Below, one piece after another: positions 19,023-29,393 of a stretch of 32,000 nucleotides of DNA. Position numbers and translations under genes: made by a program. The notes below the pieces were generated by a model, which was given only the letters and a program-made list of their open reading frames with translations, did not search any database and had not been told where the DNA came from. Source of the stretch: Fastidiosibacter lacustris (GTDB lineage Bacteria; Pseudomonadota; Gammaproteobacteria; Francisellales; Francisellaceae); the NCBI RefSeq assembly GCF_003428155.1, contig NZ_QLIR01000001.1:180001-212000 (forward strand), read 5' to 3'. Numbering within the stretch: position 1 is the stretch's first letter; every line of letters starts with the position of its first letter.

Positions 19023-19819
19023 GGGGTTAACGTTCGATAAATGCTGAAAATAAAATACACAAGAATATAACTTACAATCGTCCACGTTAAGAAAGCATGG
19101 GATACAGGCCACAAAAAAGCTGAGGCAATGGTGGCGCCCCCCCAAATCAAGGTATAAATAAACATAAGCGTAATAATGAACTTATGTCGACTTAAATAGT
19201 TCATTCGAGATGGATAAATATACTTAATTGGAATAAAGGTTAGAATGGTTAAGGCTATGATGATAATAAAGTTAGTTGTCACAGAAAATTGAAAGTAAAT
19301 CAAATAATAAATAGCAAGGTTCCAATAACTTGGAAAGCCTTTAAAAAAATGATCTTTAGTTTTGGCATCTAATTGACAAAATTGGTAGCATGAAGCAAGT
19401 ATGATCAAGGTTAACGAAATAATTTTTAGGTTATCAGGGATGACATCAGTAATAAACACCCAAACCGATGGGATAACTGCATAATTAGTAAAATCAATAA
19501 TGTTATCCATGAGGCTACCATCAAGTGGAGCAAGTTTCTTAATATCTATTTGTCGAGCTAATGTCCCATCTACAGCATCAACGATGATAGCAATGACGAC
19601 ATAAGCAAAGGAAAGTTTTAAATGAAAAATGAAGTCTGTATGATTGTGTGCAAGTTTAGCAGCATAGGCTTCTGCAGAAGCGGTTAAAGCTAAAACGGAA
19701 AAAACAGCACCACTGGCCGTAAATAAATGAACAAGCCAACCGTAAAGACGCTGAAAAGAAGTAAGCATTGAATAATACCACATACCTTCAATAATTATAA
19801 ACTTGGCATAGGTTAGCAA
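19013..19819 (-). CDS. pcs: CDP-alcohol phosphatidyltransferase, phosphatidylcholine synthase-like
   Basis: CDP-alcohol phosphatidyltransferase motif in VDAVDGTLARQIDIKKLAPLDGSLMDNIIDFTNYAVIPSVWVF. Multi-pass membrane protein with the Pcs-like 'DGSLxDNIxDxxxxxxxP' pattern. Confidence 0.75.
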   Translation of the reverse strand: MLTYAKFIIIEGMWYYSMLTSFQRLYGWLVHLFTASGAVFSVLALTASAEAYAAKLAHNHTDFIFHLKLSFAYVVIAIIVDAVDGTLARQIDIKKLAPLDGSLMDNIIDFTNYAVIPSVWVFITDVIPDNLKIISLTLIILASCYQFCQLDAKTKDHFFKGFPSYWNLAIYYLIYFQFSVTTNFIIIIALTILTFIPIKYIYPSRMNYLSRHKFIITLMFIYTLIWGGATIASAFLWPVSHAFLTWTIVSYILVYFIFSIYRTLTPLH

Positions 19820-19855
19820 AAAAAACTAAAGAGAGAAAGTGCAATAGATGGGCTT

Positions 19856-20221
19856 TTAGTTGCGGTTATAAATATCATCTAGACGGATGATATCATCTTC
19901 GCCTAAATAACTTCCTATTTGGACTTCAATAATGGCGATAGTTTCATCGGTTTTATTATGCAGTCTATGCACGGCTTGTGTAGGAATATAAACGTGTGTA
20001 TTAACTTGATAATCTTTTGTTGAATTATCAATAGTGATCGTTGCCGTACCTTGAATAACAATCCAGTGTTCAGCACGTTTAGAGTGCTTTTGTAGCGATA
20101 AGCAACCACCTGGATTAACCGTAATTAATTTTGCCTGAAAGCCGTTACCTTGCTCTATGGTTTTATAGCTACCCCAAGGTCTATAGTAGGTTTGTCCTGT
20201 TTTATTTAGATTTATGCTCAT
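19856..20221 (-). CDS. Stand-alone cupin, mannose-6-phosphate isomerase type II/ManC C-terminal domain-like
   Basis: YYRPWGSYKTIEQGNGFQAKLITVNPGGCLSLQKHSKRAEHWIVIQGTATITI...VYIPTQAVHRLHNKTDETIAIIEVQIGSYLGEDDIIRLDDIY, typical of the ManC C-terminal cupin. Confidence 0.88.
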   Translation of the reverse strand: MSINLNKTGQTYYRPWGSYKTIEQGNGFQAKLITVNPGGCLSLQKHSKRAEHWIVIQGTATITIDNSTKDYQVNTHVYIPTQAVHRLHNKTDETIAIIEVQIGSYLGEDDIIRLDDIYNRN

Positions 20222-20345
20222 TAATGAAAATACTCTTTTATCTAACCTGTTTATTTAGAGATTGAAATTATAGCGCTAAGCTCCTGTGTTTTATAGAGTT
20301 TATAACTCAAAGTTTTTTTAATAGTGAGATTAGATGCTGTTGATT

Positions 20346-21158
20346 TTACAACAGCGCTATCCATAGCATTTTAATAGATACAATTAGAAGTATTGCAAGA
20401 AAAGTGATTTTAAGCGTTTTAGAGGATGTTTTACTTGAAAACTTTGCGCCAAGTTTTGAGAAAATCATACTTGTAGGGGCAACACATATAATCGCGGGTA
20501 AATATAAGTAACCCAGACTCCAGGGAGTATCTAAATTTTCGGTATAGCCCGTAACGATAAAACTAACACTGCCTATAATTGCAATAACCAATGTAAATAA
20601 GCTAGAAGTGCCAATTGCTATGCGTATTGAGTAACCAAGAGAGTGAATATAAGGAATAGTAACAATACCTCCACCTATGCCAAAAAATCCTGATTTAATA
20701 CCTACCAAACTACCCCAAAATGCACTTTTGAGCTTACCGTTACGCTTTGGTGTTTCATTAACTTTATGGGATTGCAAAAGCATCTGAAAGAACATAAATA
20801 GCATTAAGCACGCAAATAAAATACTGAGGGTTTTAGGGTTAAGAAATCGTGCGATGATTGCCCCTAATACATTCATACTAATAATCCAAGGAACAAGCAT
20901 TTTCACAATAGTTAGATTTACTTCTCGTACACGTAATTTGTGGGGTATGGACGAAAACGTAGTAAATATCATAATTCCAAGCGATGTGCCTGCCGCAAAT
21001 TGCATGTATGAGTCTGCCGTTTGTGGTAATTGGTGAAAAACAAATGCCAATACCGGTACGATAATAATGCCACCACCAATACCAAGAAGACCTGCCAAAA
21101 ATCCTGTTAAACAACCAGATAATATAAGAAGTAAAAAAAGATAAAGCATGATATTCAT
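20346..21158 (-). CDS. TSUP-family (TauE/SafE) sulfite/anion permease
   Basis: GCLTGFLAGLLGIGGGIIIVPVLAF and LVGIKSGFFGIGGGIVTIPYIHSLG, the paired glycine-rich repeats of TauE/SafE permeases. Confidence 0.9.
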   Translation of the reverse strand: MNIMLYLFLLLILSGCLTGFLAGLLGIGGGIIIVPVLAFVFHQLPQTADSYMQFAAGTSLGIMIFTTFSSIPHKLRVREVNLTIVKMLVPWIISMNVLGAIIARFLNPKTLSILFACLMLFMFFQMLLQSHKVNETPKRNGKLKSAFWGSLVGIKSGFFGIGGGIVTIPYIHSLGYSIRIAIGTSSLFTLVIAIIGSVSFIVTGYTENLDTPWSLGYLYLPAIICVAPTSMIFSKLGAKFSSKTSSKTLKITFLAILLIVSIKMLWIALL

Positions 21159-21249
21159 ATAATCAGTTAAATGGGTTGAATAATTATAATGAATGAAAGA
21201 AAATAACCCAGTTAATTATGTTTAAATCAAGTCTAAAAAAGGAAATACT

Positions 21250-21777
21250 ATGCTTGCAAATATAAAAGTTGGCAAAGACGCACCAAACGACATCAACGTT
21301 GTGATTGAAATTCCTGCTTATAACGAGCCAGTAAAATATGAGTTTGACAAAGATGCAAATATGCTGATTGTAGATCGTTTTATGTCAACGACTATGCAAT
21401 ATCCTTGTAATTATGGTTTTGTCCCAAATACTCTATCTGAAGATGGTGATCCTGTAGATGTACTTGTTGTAGCACCTGTGGCACTAAGACCAGGTGTCAT
21501 TATTAATTGTCGTCCTGTTGGAGTATTAAAAATGGCAGATGAATCAGGTGTTGATGCTAAAATCATTGCTGTTCCCAGCAGCAAGCTTACTAAGATTTAT
21601 GATGATGTAAGAGAAGTAACGGATTTATCCAAGCTATTATTGGATCAAATTAAGCACTTTTTTGAGCATTATAAAGACCTAGAGCCTAACAAATGGGTAA
21701 AAGTCGATGGCTTTGAAGGTGTTGATTCTGCAAAGGCAGATATTAAAGCTAGTATTAAACGTTATAAAAAAGATTAG
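21250..21777 (+). CDS. ppa: Inorganic pyrophosphatase
   Basis: [66 protein letters not shown] matches family I PPase, including DGDPVDVLV. Confidence 0.97.
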   Translation: MLANIKVGKDAPNDINVVIEIPAYNEPVKYEFDKDANMLIVDRFMSTTMQYPCNYGFVPNTLSEDGDPVDVLVVAPVALRPGVIINCRPVGVLKMADESGVDAKIIAVPSSKLTKIYDDVREVTDLSKLLLDQIKHFFEHYKDLEPNKWVKVDGFEGVDSAKADIKASIKRYKKD

Positions 21778-22163
21778 CTAGTTGCTATGATCAATATTTA
21801 CACCGTCTTCTGTTATAAGTTCTCATGCCTATAGTTCAGTTAATACAATAGATAGAATCATAAAGCCTGCATGATAGTTTCTTTTTAGTATCAACGACCA
21901 CAATTGGCAATTTGGAAAATACACCATTGACATCCCCCTCCTTTAGGAAGAGAGGATAGGATGTCAAATACGTTTATGCAGCTTTCAGAGGCAACTAAAT
22001 AGAATATTCTCAACCGATGTTTCTTTCTTCTATTAACCCTTAGGTCGAGGATAGCTTCAAGGTGTTGAAAAATTAATGAAGTTAGCAGAGGTTTTGTCAT
22101 TGGCTTACTCTATTCACATGGATTTTCACACAGGATAAATAAATCAATAACTTTTAAATGTGA

Positions 22164-23099
22164 TTACCTTGACTCATTGGTCTGCTTTTCAATGTTCACA
22201 TACTTCTGTATATACTCGCGCATTGTAGTAGGTTTTATTGATGGGTAGCGATCATTCATCAGTAAATCGAGCTTAGCTTCACCATTTAAAAGGGAGCGAT
22301 AATACATCAGCGGTAAGAAGGAGAGAAAATTTTGCTGACCTCCTTTTAGCAATTCCTCAATACGTAAGTCCAAGTCTGCCATTGACCCCAGTTGTACAAT
22401 TTTTAGCTTGTCGCCTGATGCTTCTTCATACAACTTGACAATTTCATGGAAATTAAGAACATTGCCTGCTACCTTGAAGGCGCGTGGTACAGGGCGCTCA
22501 TCAATAGCAACCTCCGCCGTGTACTGTGCCGCATCGACATAGGTCGTCCAATCCATATTTTGCTTACCATCGCCCCAAACATAAGCCACGCTTTCTTTCA
22601 CGTCGATGAGGCGAAGGAAATCAAACATTATGCCGCTATCTAGAAACCCACCATTCAATATATGTACTACCTCTATATTACCACGTTCCTTATCCGCTAT
22701 GTCTGAGAATGTAAGACGCCAATCTGAAGTAATAATATGACCAGGTGTAACCTTGAAAAGATTCAGTGAAAAATCCGATGGAATAAAACGCTTGACTCCT
22801 GCTTTCCGCGCGGCAATCAGTAATTGTTTTTGACCATCGATAATAATGTCTGGTCCACCCTGAACTGCGGAAATGACGGTCATTGCTCCTTGGCAAAGAG
22901 AAGCCAGCGCATCCTCATTACCCACTCCAATTTCACCTTCAATTATCTGTGCGCCACGTTCTTCAAGCGCTTTTACTTTCTGGCGACTGTCTGGACGTAC
23001 AAGTAGACGAAGTTGCACATTGGGATTACCAAGCAATGACTCTGCAATGAGTTTTCCAACATGGCCTGTTCCACCAACTAATGCAATGACTTTTTTCAT
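22164..23099 (-). CDS. NmrA-like/isoflavone-reductase-like NAD(P)-binding protein
   Basis: MKKVIALVGGTGHVGKLIAESLLGNPNVQLRLLVRP (GGTGxxGxxxxxxLL), IIDGQKQLLIAARKAGVKRFIPSDFS, WTTYVDAAQYTAEVAID. Met at 23099 is the likely start; the listed ORF opens at 23180. Confidence 0.87.
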   Translation of the reverse strand: MKKVIALVGGTGHVGKLIAESLLGNPNVQLRLLVRPDSRQKVKALEERGAQIIEGEIGVGNEDALASLCQGAMTVISAVQGGPDIIIDGQKQLLIAARKAGVKRFIPSDFSLNLFKVTPGHIITSDWRLTFSDIADKERGNIEVVHILNGGFLDSGIMFDFLRLIDVKESVAYVWGDGKQNMDWTTYVDAAQYTAEVAIDERPVPRAFKVAGNVLNFHEIVKLYEEASGDKLKIVQLGSMADLDLRIEELLKGGQQNFLSFLPLMYYRSLLNGEAKLDLLMNDRYPSIKPTTMREYIQKYVNIEKQTNESR

Positions 23100-23209
23100 G
23101 AGTTTTCTCCAATTATTTGAGCTAAAAATATGTAGAGAATATATATGTGTTGTGGACTGAACGTATTTAATTCCTTCCATTTATAATATATATTATTCTC
23201 CACCCTTTC

Positions 23210-23239
23210 TTTTACTTTCTTTCTAGAAAGAAAGTAAAA
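23210..23239. promoter_or_regulatory. Perfect 30-bp palindrome, candidate TetR-family operator upstream of the NmrA-like gene
   Basis: TTTTACTTTCTTT-CTAG-AAAGAAAGTAAAA, read directly. It lies between the TetR gene 3' end and the NmrA-like gene start. Confidence 0.6.
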
Positions 23240-23327
23240 TTTAACAAACTATTTATTAATTGTCAAATCACAATTTTGTCTTATGTAAAAATGGTGTACG
23301 TTTATCTGTACTAAGGTCAAATATTTC

Positions 23328-23918
23328 TCATTTCCTAATACCATTCCATAGAAGAGCAATAAAAAGCTCGATATATTCGTCATTGATATCATTCGATTTT
23401 TCTGTATCACAAAAATATTTTGTAAAGGCTCGATTATGCAATGCGCCAAGAATAGTTATTGATAGTGTATCAATATCGCATTCAGTTATAAGACCGCGGA
23501 TTTGAGCGCGTTTTAGCCAGCTAGCTAGCGTGCGAAATGCCTTTATTGGCTGAGATTCTCCTTTTTGCCGTGCAAAAATTTTTTTTGTTGAAATACCAGC
23601 TGATTCCAATACGGAAAAACCCCTTACCATATCCTGAAAGTAGTGTGATATAACCTTGCAATGTTCAACGAGTTGCTCTTGAATCGGACGCTCATCCGGT
23701 CCAGTTTCAAGTATATCAAGCCACGATATATTTTCTTCTGGTCCAAGGGCGGCTATCATCAGTGCTTCTTTCGAACCAAATCGATTAAAGATAGTGGTGT
23801 GGCTAATGCCAAGTTTATCCGCGATATTCATGGCTGGTATGTTTGCACCGCATTCTAGAAAGCAACGCCTAGCTGTGGTAATAATCTGTTCATTCGTAAC
23901 TTTTATTGGTCTTGACAT
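23328..23918 (-). CDS. TetR-family transcriptional regulator
   Basis: MSRPIKVTNEQIITTARRCFLECGANIPAMNIADKLGISHTTIFNRFGSKEALMIAAL is a canonical TetR N-terminal HTH. Met at 23918; the listed ORF opens at 23978. Confidence 0.93.
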   Translation of the reverse strand: MSRPIKVTNEQIITTARRCFLECGANIPAMNIADKLGISHTTIFNRFGSKEALMIAALGPEENISWLDILETGPDERPIQEQLVEHCKVISHYFQDMVRGFSVLESAGISTKKIFARQKGESQPIKAFRTLASWLKRAQIRGLITECDIDTLSITILGALHNRAFTKYFCDTEKSNDINDEYIELFIALLWNGIRK

Positions 23919-23949
23919 AAATAACTCTTTAACTATTAATTGACAACCC

Positions 23950-23962
23950 CTAGTTTGAAAGT
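23950..23962. promoter_or_regulatory. Candidate operator half-site upstream of tetR
   Basis: CTAGTTTGAAAGT shares CTAGnnnGAAAGT with the right half (CTAGAAAGAAAGT) of the 30-bp palindrome at 23210-23239. Confidence 0.35.
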
Positions 23963-24064
23963 TTCGGGACAATTTCAAAGTTGTTTTTAACGCATTCGTA
24001 TAAGAAATTCAAAACGTTTAAAGATAACCCGATAATATAGACTCATCCAGTACGCCTGGCTTCT

Positions 24065-24493
24065 TCACGCATAAATAAAGGCTGCCAATTGTTTTTTTGT
24101 CAATCCACAGTCTTCATTAACCGCTTTGAGCTCTAATTGATTCAAACGCTTTTTCAGCAACCAGATACAGCGCCCCTTTTCCAGCAATACAAATACCCCT
24201 TACTTTTTGAGCTCATTACTGACTCTTCGCTGACCATAGGTGAGATAATCTATCGCATAAGCAACCACCGCTTTCTCAACGGACTCTTCTACCTGTTTTT
24301 TGATGTTGGGCTGACGTCTATTTTTATCCAATAGCGCCTCAACATGACCTTCTGCGACGGTGGATTGATAATGATAAAATGTATCTCTAGACAACCTCAT
24401 TACCTTACATGCCTCGGAGAGATTTCCAATCTCCTCTTTTAAGTTTAATAACCCTAACTTATTTTTTATAACACGTTGATTTATAGTATTCAT
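24065..24493 (-). pseudogene. Degenerate IS481-like transposase, N-terminal HTH portion only
   Basis: KLGLLNLKEEIGNLSEACKVMRLSRDTFYHYQSTVAEGHVEALLDKNRRQPNIKKQVEESVEKAVVAYAIDYLTYGQRRVSNELKK, then stop TAA (24200-24202). The same frame continues GVFVLLEKGRCIWLLKKRLNQLELKAVNEDCGLTKKQLAAFIYA*. The catalytic (DDE) domain is absent. Confidence 0.75.
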
Positions 24494-25096
24494 GTGAAGT
24501 TGCCTCTTGTTTTTTATATTTGTTTTAACGTTTGAGATCTAAATGGGTAACCTTCTCTTTATATAAGAGTTTTGTCAGATCTTATTATGACTGATACACA
24601 ATTGTCTACATTAGTTTATATGTTACAACAAAAGCAATAGCTAAGGCTGCCAAAAAATTAAACAACGAGACATTAAATGTATTAATCTATTATCTATTTG
24701 GCGCAATCATAGGGGCTATGGCGCAGTTTGAACAATGCAGGATAGAAAACTCAGGAGATCTTCGTGCTGTAGAATTGTATGGGGAGAGCTTTGCTGTATT
24801 TATGTTAAACCATATCAATTAAAAAGTCCTCTTTGAGAAATAATCGTGTAAGCTGAGAATTTTGTTTTTTTCTAAAAACTCTGAAAGCTAAGATGCCAGA
24901 TGCATGACTGTGATGATATTTTTTAATAGTTTAAATGTTAGCTTTCTAAAAATTAAGAAGGATAATTTATGAATATCTGGATAAAAGTCCTTGCCTCAAT
25001 TAACGTGTCGAGTCCAGCTATGGCATTAACTCCTATAAGTAAAACTTTTTTATTCTGCTTCAACTTCATTTGACAATTAAGACAAGCAAAGTATAG

Positions 25097-26095
<999 letters not shown>

Positions 26096-26180
26096 GCTTC
26101 GAAAAAAAACTATTTTATTCATAACGGATACTGACGTTAACATTTATATGAGTCATTTAAGCGATGTAGCACTAGTCGTA

Positions 26181-28793
26181 TTAACCTTGGGTCATATTGT
26201 CTAACAAGCTTTTTAAACTGTACAAAGTGCTCATTGCTTCAATCGGCGTTATTTTATTTGGATCAATCGACTCTAGTATATCAATCAGCTCTTTATAGTG
26301 AGACTCACGTTGAGTATTTTGATTTTCTGGTATCGGTATTATTGTAAAATCAAAACTTTGTTGAGTTGGAGCATAAGGATCGGTATCTCGCGCTTCAAGG
26401 CGTTTTAGGATGCTTTTAGCATTGTTTAAGACATCTTGTGGCACTCCTGCAAGTTTTGCAACTTGTATCCCATAGCTTTTTAAAGCCGCCCCTTCTTTGG
26501 CGTGATGTAAAAAGACAATATTATCGCGATATTCAGTTGCCTCAAAGTGAATATTTTCAACGTTGCTGTATTGTGCTGCTAGATGCGTTAATTCAAAATA
26601 ATGTGTAGCAAATAGCGTGTAAGCTTTAATTTTAATAAGTTTTTCTGCACAAGCCATTGCCAATGCCAACCCATCAAATGTGCTCGTACCTCGACCTACT
26701 TCATCCATAAGCACTAGGCTTTTATCACTAGCATTGCGTAAAATATGCGCACACTCTGTCATTTCAACCATAAAAGTAGAACGTCCAGAACTAATATCAT
26801 CAGCCGCTCCTATACGTGTGAAAATTGCGTCAATTTCACCAATTTGAGCCATTTTGGCAGGCACAAACGAACCAATATGTGCTAAAAAGACAATGTGTGC
26901 AATTTGGCGCATATAAGTGGATTTACCACCCATGTTGGGCCCCGTGATAATTTGTAGATGCTTGTGCTCATCTAATTGACTATCATTGGCGATAAAGGGT
27001 TGGTTGGAAAGTTGTTCAATAACCAAATGTCTACCTTCTTCGATTTTGATGCCTAGATTATTTGAAAGTATAGGACAGTTTAATTTTAAGCTTATAGCAC
27101 GCTCAGCAAGATTGGTTAAAACATCAAGTTGTGCAATAGACTTTGCTGTTTGTTGTAATAGTGTATATTGCTCTAATATCTTTTGTAATAGCCTTTGATA
27201 AAGGTGTTTTTCATATGTCAATGCTTTTTCGTTACTGCTTAGAATTTTATCTTCAAAGGCTTTAAGTTCAGGTGTAATATAACGTTCAGCATTTTTTAAG
27301 GTTTGTCTCCTAGTGTATTCATCTGGTAGCTGAATGCTATGAGTTTTAGAGATTTCGATATAATAACCATGGACTTTATTAAAGTTTACTTTAAGACTGT
27401 TAATTCCTGTGCGCTTGCGTTCTTGTTGCTCAAGTTTCATGAGATAAGAACCTGCATTCCTATTAATATTTCTAAGCTCATCAAGTTCAGGATCAAATCC
27501 TTCTTTGATCACACCTCCATCGCGAATCGTAACAGGGGGATCATCGATAAGTGCATCATTTAAAAGTGTAACAAGTTCAGGTAATAAGCTTAGCTGATTA
27601 GCAAGTTTTATAAGACATGGATCTTGTTGTGTTGATTTAATAATAGATTGTAATTTTGGCAAGATGCTTAATGTGTGACGCAGCGCAATTAAGTCTTTTG
27701 GTTTACAAGTGTTAAGTGCTATGCGTGAGGCAATTCGCTCAATATCTTGAGTTTGACTTAACTGAGCTTGAATGCCCTCAATAGCATTTGCTGCCATTAA
27801 ATCTTTAATTGCGGCTTGCCTTATTTTGAGTAAGGCTTGATCACGTGTAGGTGATTTAAACCATTGCTTTAATAAACGATTACCCAGTGCAGTTCTACAT
27901 TTATTCATAGTTGCAAAGAGCGTATGCGACTGTTTGCCAGAGAGTGAACTATCAAGTTCAAGGTTTTTGCGAGTTGACGCATCAACGTTTAAGAGTTTGT
28001 CATTTTCTTCAATTGAAATACTTTGCAGATGTTTGGGTGTAGCTTTTTGTGTGATCTCAAGGTAGTGTAAAAGTCCACCAGCTGCACAAATCGCAAGGTG
28101 GAGCTTGGCTAATTCATCAGTAAGTGTATTTTGACCAAAATAGCCTTGGATGAGTTTTTTAGCACTCATTAATTGAAATTCCCATTGTGGGCGCGCTTGA
28201 ATGGAAATATCTTCATTGGTAAATAAGTTACGTAGATCACTGGCAAATTCATCTATCACAAGTATTTCTTTAGCTTTTAAACGCGATACTTGATCTAATA
28301 TTGCTGTGGGTTGTTGAGGAAACTCTAACAAGTGAATTTCACCTTGTGTATACTCAAGATATGCGATCCCAATACGACTCTTGTTTTGAAAGATAGCCAT
28401 AAGGACATTATTATCATAACTATCAATAAAGCTTTCTTCTGAAACGGTTCCTGGCGTTATAACACGAACAACTTCGCGTGCAACAGGACCTTTACCATTG
28501 ACATCGCCTATTTGCTCACAAATAGCAATGCTTAAACCTTGTTTGATTAAGCGCGATAAGTAATTTTCAGCCGCGTGATGTGGCACACCTGCCATCGCAA
28601 TGGACTCACCATTGGATTTCCCACGCGTGGTTAGACTAATATCTAAAAGTTTTGCTGCTTTATGTGCATCTTCATAAAATAATTCATAGAAGTCACCCAT
28701 GCGATAAAACAAAAGCGTATTAGGATATTGTGATTTAATATGCAAATACTGTTGCATCATTGGAGTGTGTAATGATTCTGCGGGTGCGGACAT
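26181..28793 (-). CDS. mutS: DNA mismatch repair protein MutS
   Basis: [94 protein letters not shown] and [11 protein letters not shown]. Confidence 0.98.
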   Translation of the reverse strand: MSAPAESLHTPMMQQYLHIKSQYPNTLLFYRMGDFYELFYEDAHKAAKLLDISLTTRGKSNGESIAMAGVPHHAAENYLSRLIKQGLSIAICEQIGDVNGKGPVAREVVRVITPGTVSEESFIDSYDNNVLMAIFQNKSRIGIAYLEYTQGEIHLLEFPQQPTAILDQVSRLKAKEILVIDEFASDLRNLFTNEDISIQARPQWEFQLMSAKKLIQGYFGQNTLTDELAKLHLAICAAGGLLHYLEITQKATPKHLQSISIEENDKLLNVDASTRKNLELDSSLSGKQSHTLFATMNKCRTALGNRLLKQWFKSPTRDQALLKIRQAAIKDLMAANAIEGIQAQLSQTQDIERIASRIALNTCKPKDLIALRHTLSILPKLQSIIKSTQQDPCLIKLANQLSLLPELVTLLNDALIDDPPVTIRDGGVIKEGFDPELDELRNINRNAGSYLMKLEQQERKRTGINSLKVNFNKVHGYYIEISKTHSIQLPDEYTRRQTLKNAERYITPELKAFEDKILSSNEKALTYEKHLYQRLLQKILEQYTLLQQTAKSIAQLDVLTNLAERAISLKLNCPILSNNLGIKIEEGRHLVIEQLSNQPFIANDSQLDEHKHLQIITGPNMGGKSTYMRQIAHIVFLAHIGSFVPAKMAQIGEIDAIFTRIGAADDISSGRSTFMVEMTECAHILRNASDKSLVLMDEVGRGTSTFDGLALAMACAEKLIKIKAYTLFATHYFELTHLAAQYSNVENIHFEATEYRDNIVFLHHAKEGAALKSYGIQVAKLAGVPQDVLNNAKSILKRLEARDTDPYAPTQQSFDFTIIPIPENQNTQRESHYKELIDILESIDPNKITPIEAMSTLYSLKSLLDNMTQG

Positions 28794-28883
28794 AGCTCTT
28801 AAATATTGACTGAGTTTATTAGCAATTATAACGAGTTTTATTGTAAGCTTATACTCTTTGTTCTTAGTTATCTGTGATAATTT

Positions 28884-29185
28884 GCATCAACCATTTTTAT
28901 TTTTGTTGAGTAAAGCATATTCAGCTAATGGCGCGCCATTTCGATCATAAATAATGCCCATGTATTATCTAAATCAATCATGCGATTACTTTCATTTTGA
29001 CCATACTCAATGAGAAAGGCTCGATCATGAGTTTCTAAATAAAATAAACGGTAGATGAGCACAAAAAACACGATCAGAATGAATAAAAAAGTAAAAACAA
29101 AGCGCCAAAAATGCTTGCGTTTTTTTGTCTTGTTGATGATTATTTTTGATTTAGATGAAATCTTCTTATAAGATGTATGCTGCAT
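28884..29185 (-). pseudogene. Truncated and frameshifted ftsI (PBP3)-like N-terminus
   Basis: RFVFTFLFILIVFFVLIYRLFYLETHDRAFLIEYGQNESNRMIDLDNTW resembles the FtsI cytoplasmic/TM/early periplasmic segment. After a one-base slip at TGGGC the next frame reads GIIYDRNGAPLAEYALLNKNKNG*, with GIIYDRNGxPLA a hallmark of class B PBPs. Nothing further is recognisable. Confidence 0.7.
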
Positions 29186-29393
29186 TCGGCATTTTATAGT
29201 TGTAAATTTATACTACTAGTAGTAAGTGTAGCGAAATCTGGCTAAGAGTGTCATTATAGTTTTGATTATATACCAAACAATTTCTGGTTATCCAAGCAGT
29301 AAAATAAATAAACGCGTGGGTTGGCAATTGCCTTTTGCAGCCATTATTGGTATACATAACCTAACTTATTTTAAGAAACATTATTTTAGATTT

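Noticed and set aside
21778-22163. Possible mobile-element remnant or small gene (ORF 21891..22100 minus)
   Set aside because: No recognisable motif on either strand and no terminal repeats found by eye. Left unannotated.
22446-23160. Plus-strand ORFs (22446..22643, 22824..23006, 22873..23160) opposite the NmrA-like gene
   Set aside because: Shadow ORFs on the strand opposite a convincing CDS.
24137-24334. 65-aa plus-strand ORF antisense to the transposase relic
   Set aside because: Explained by the opposite strand of a clear transposase fragment.
29211-29224. 14-bp perfect palindrome TACTACTAGTAGTA between the ftsI relic and tyrS
   Set aside because: Short, AT-rich and with no matching second copy noticed. 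It could be a chance or relic regulatory site, so evidence is insufficient.
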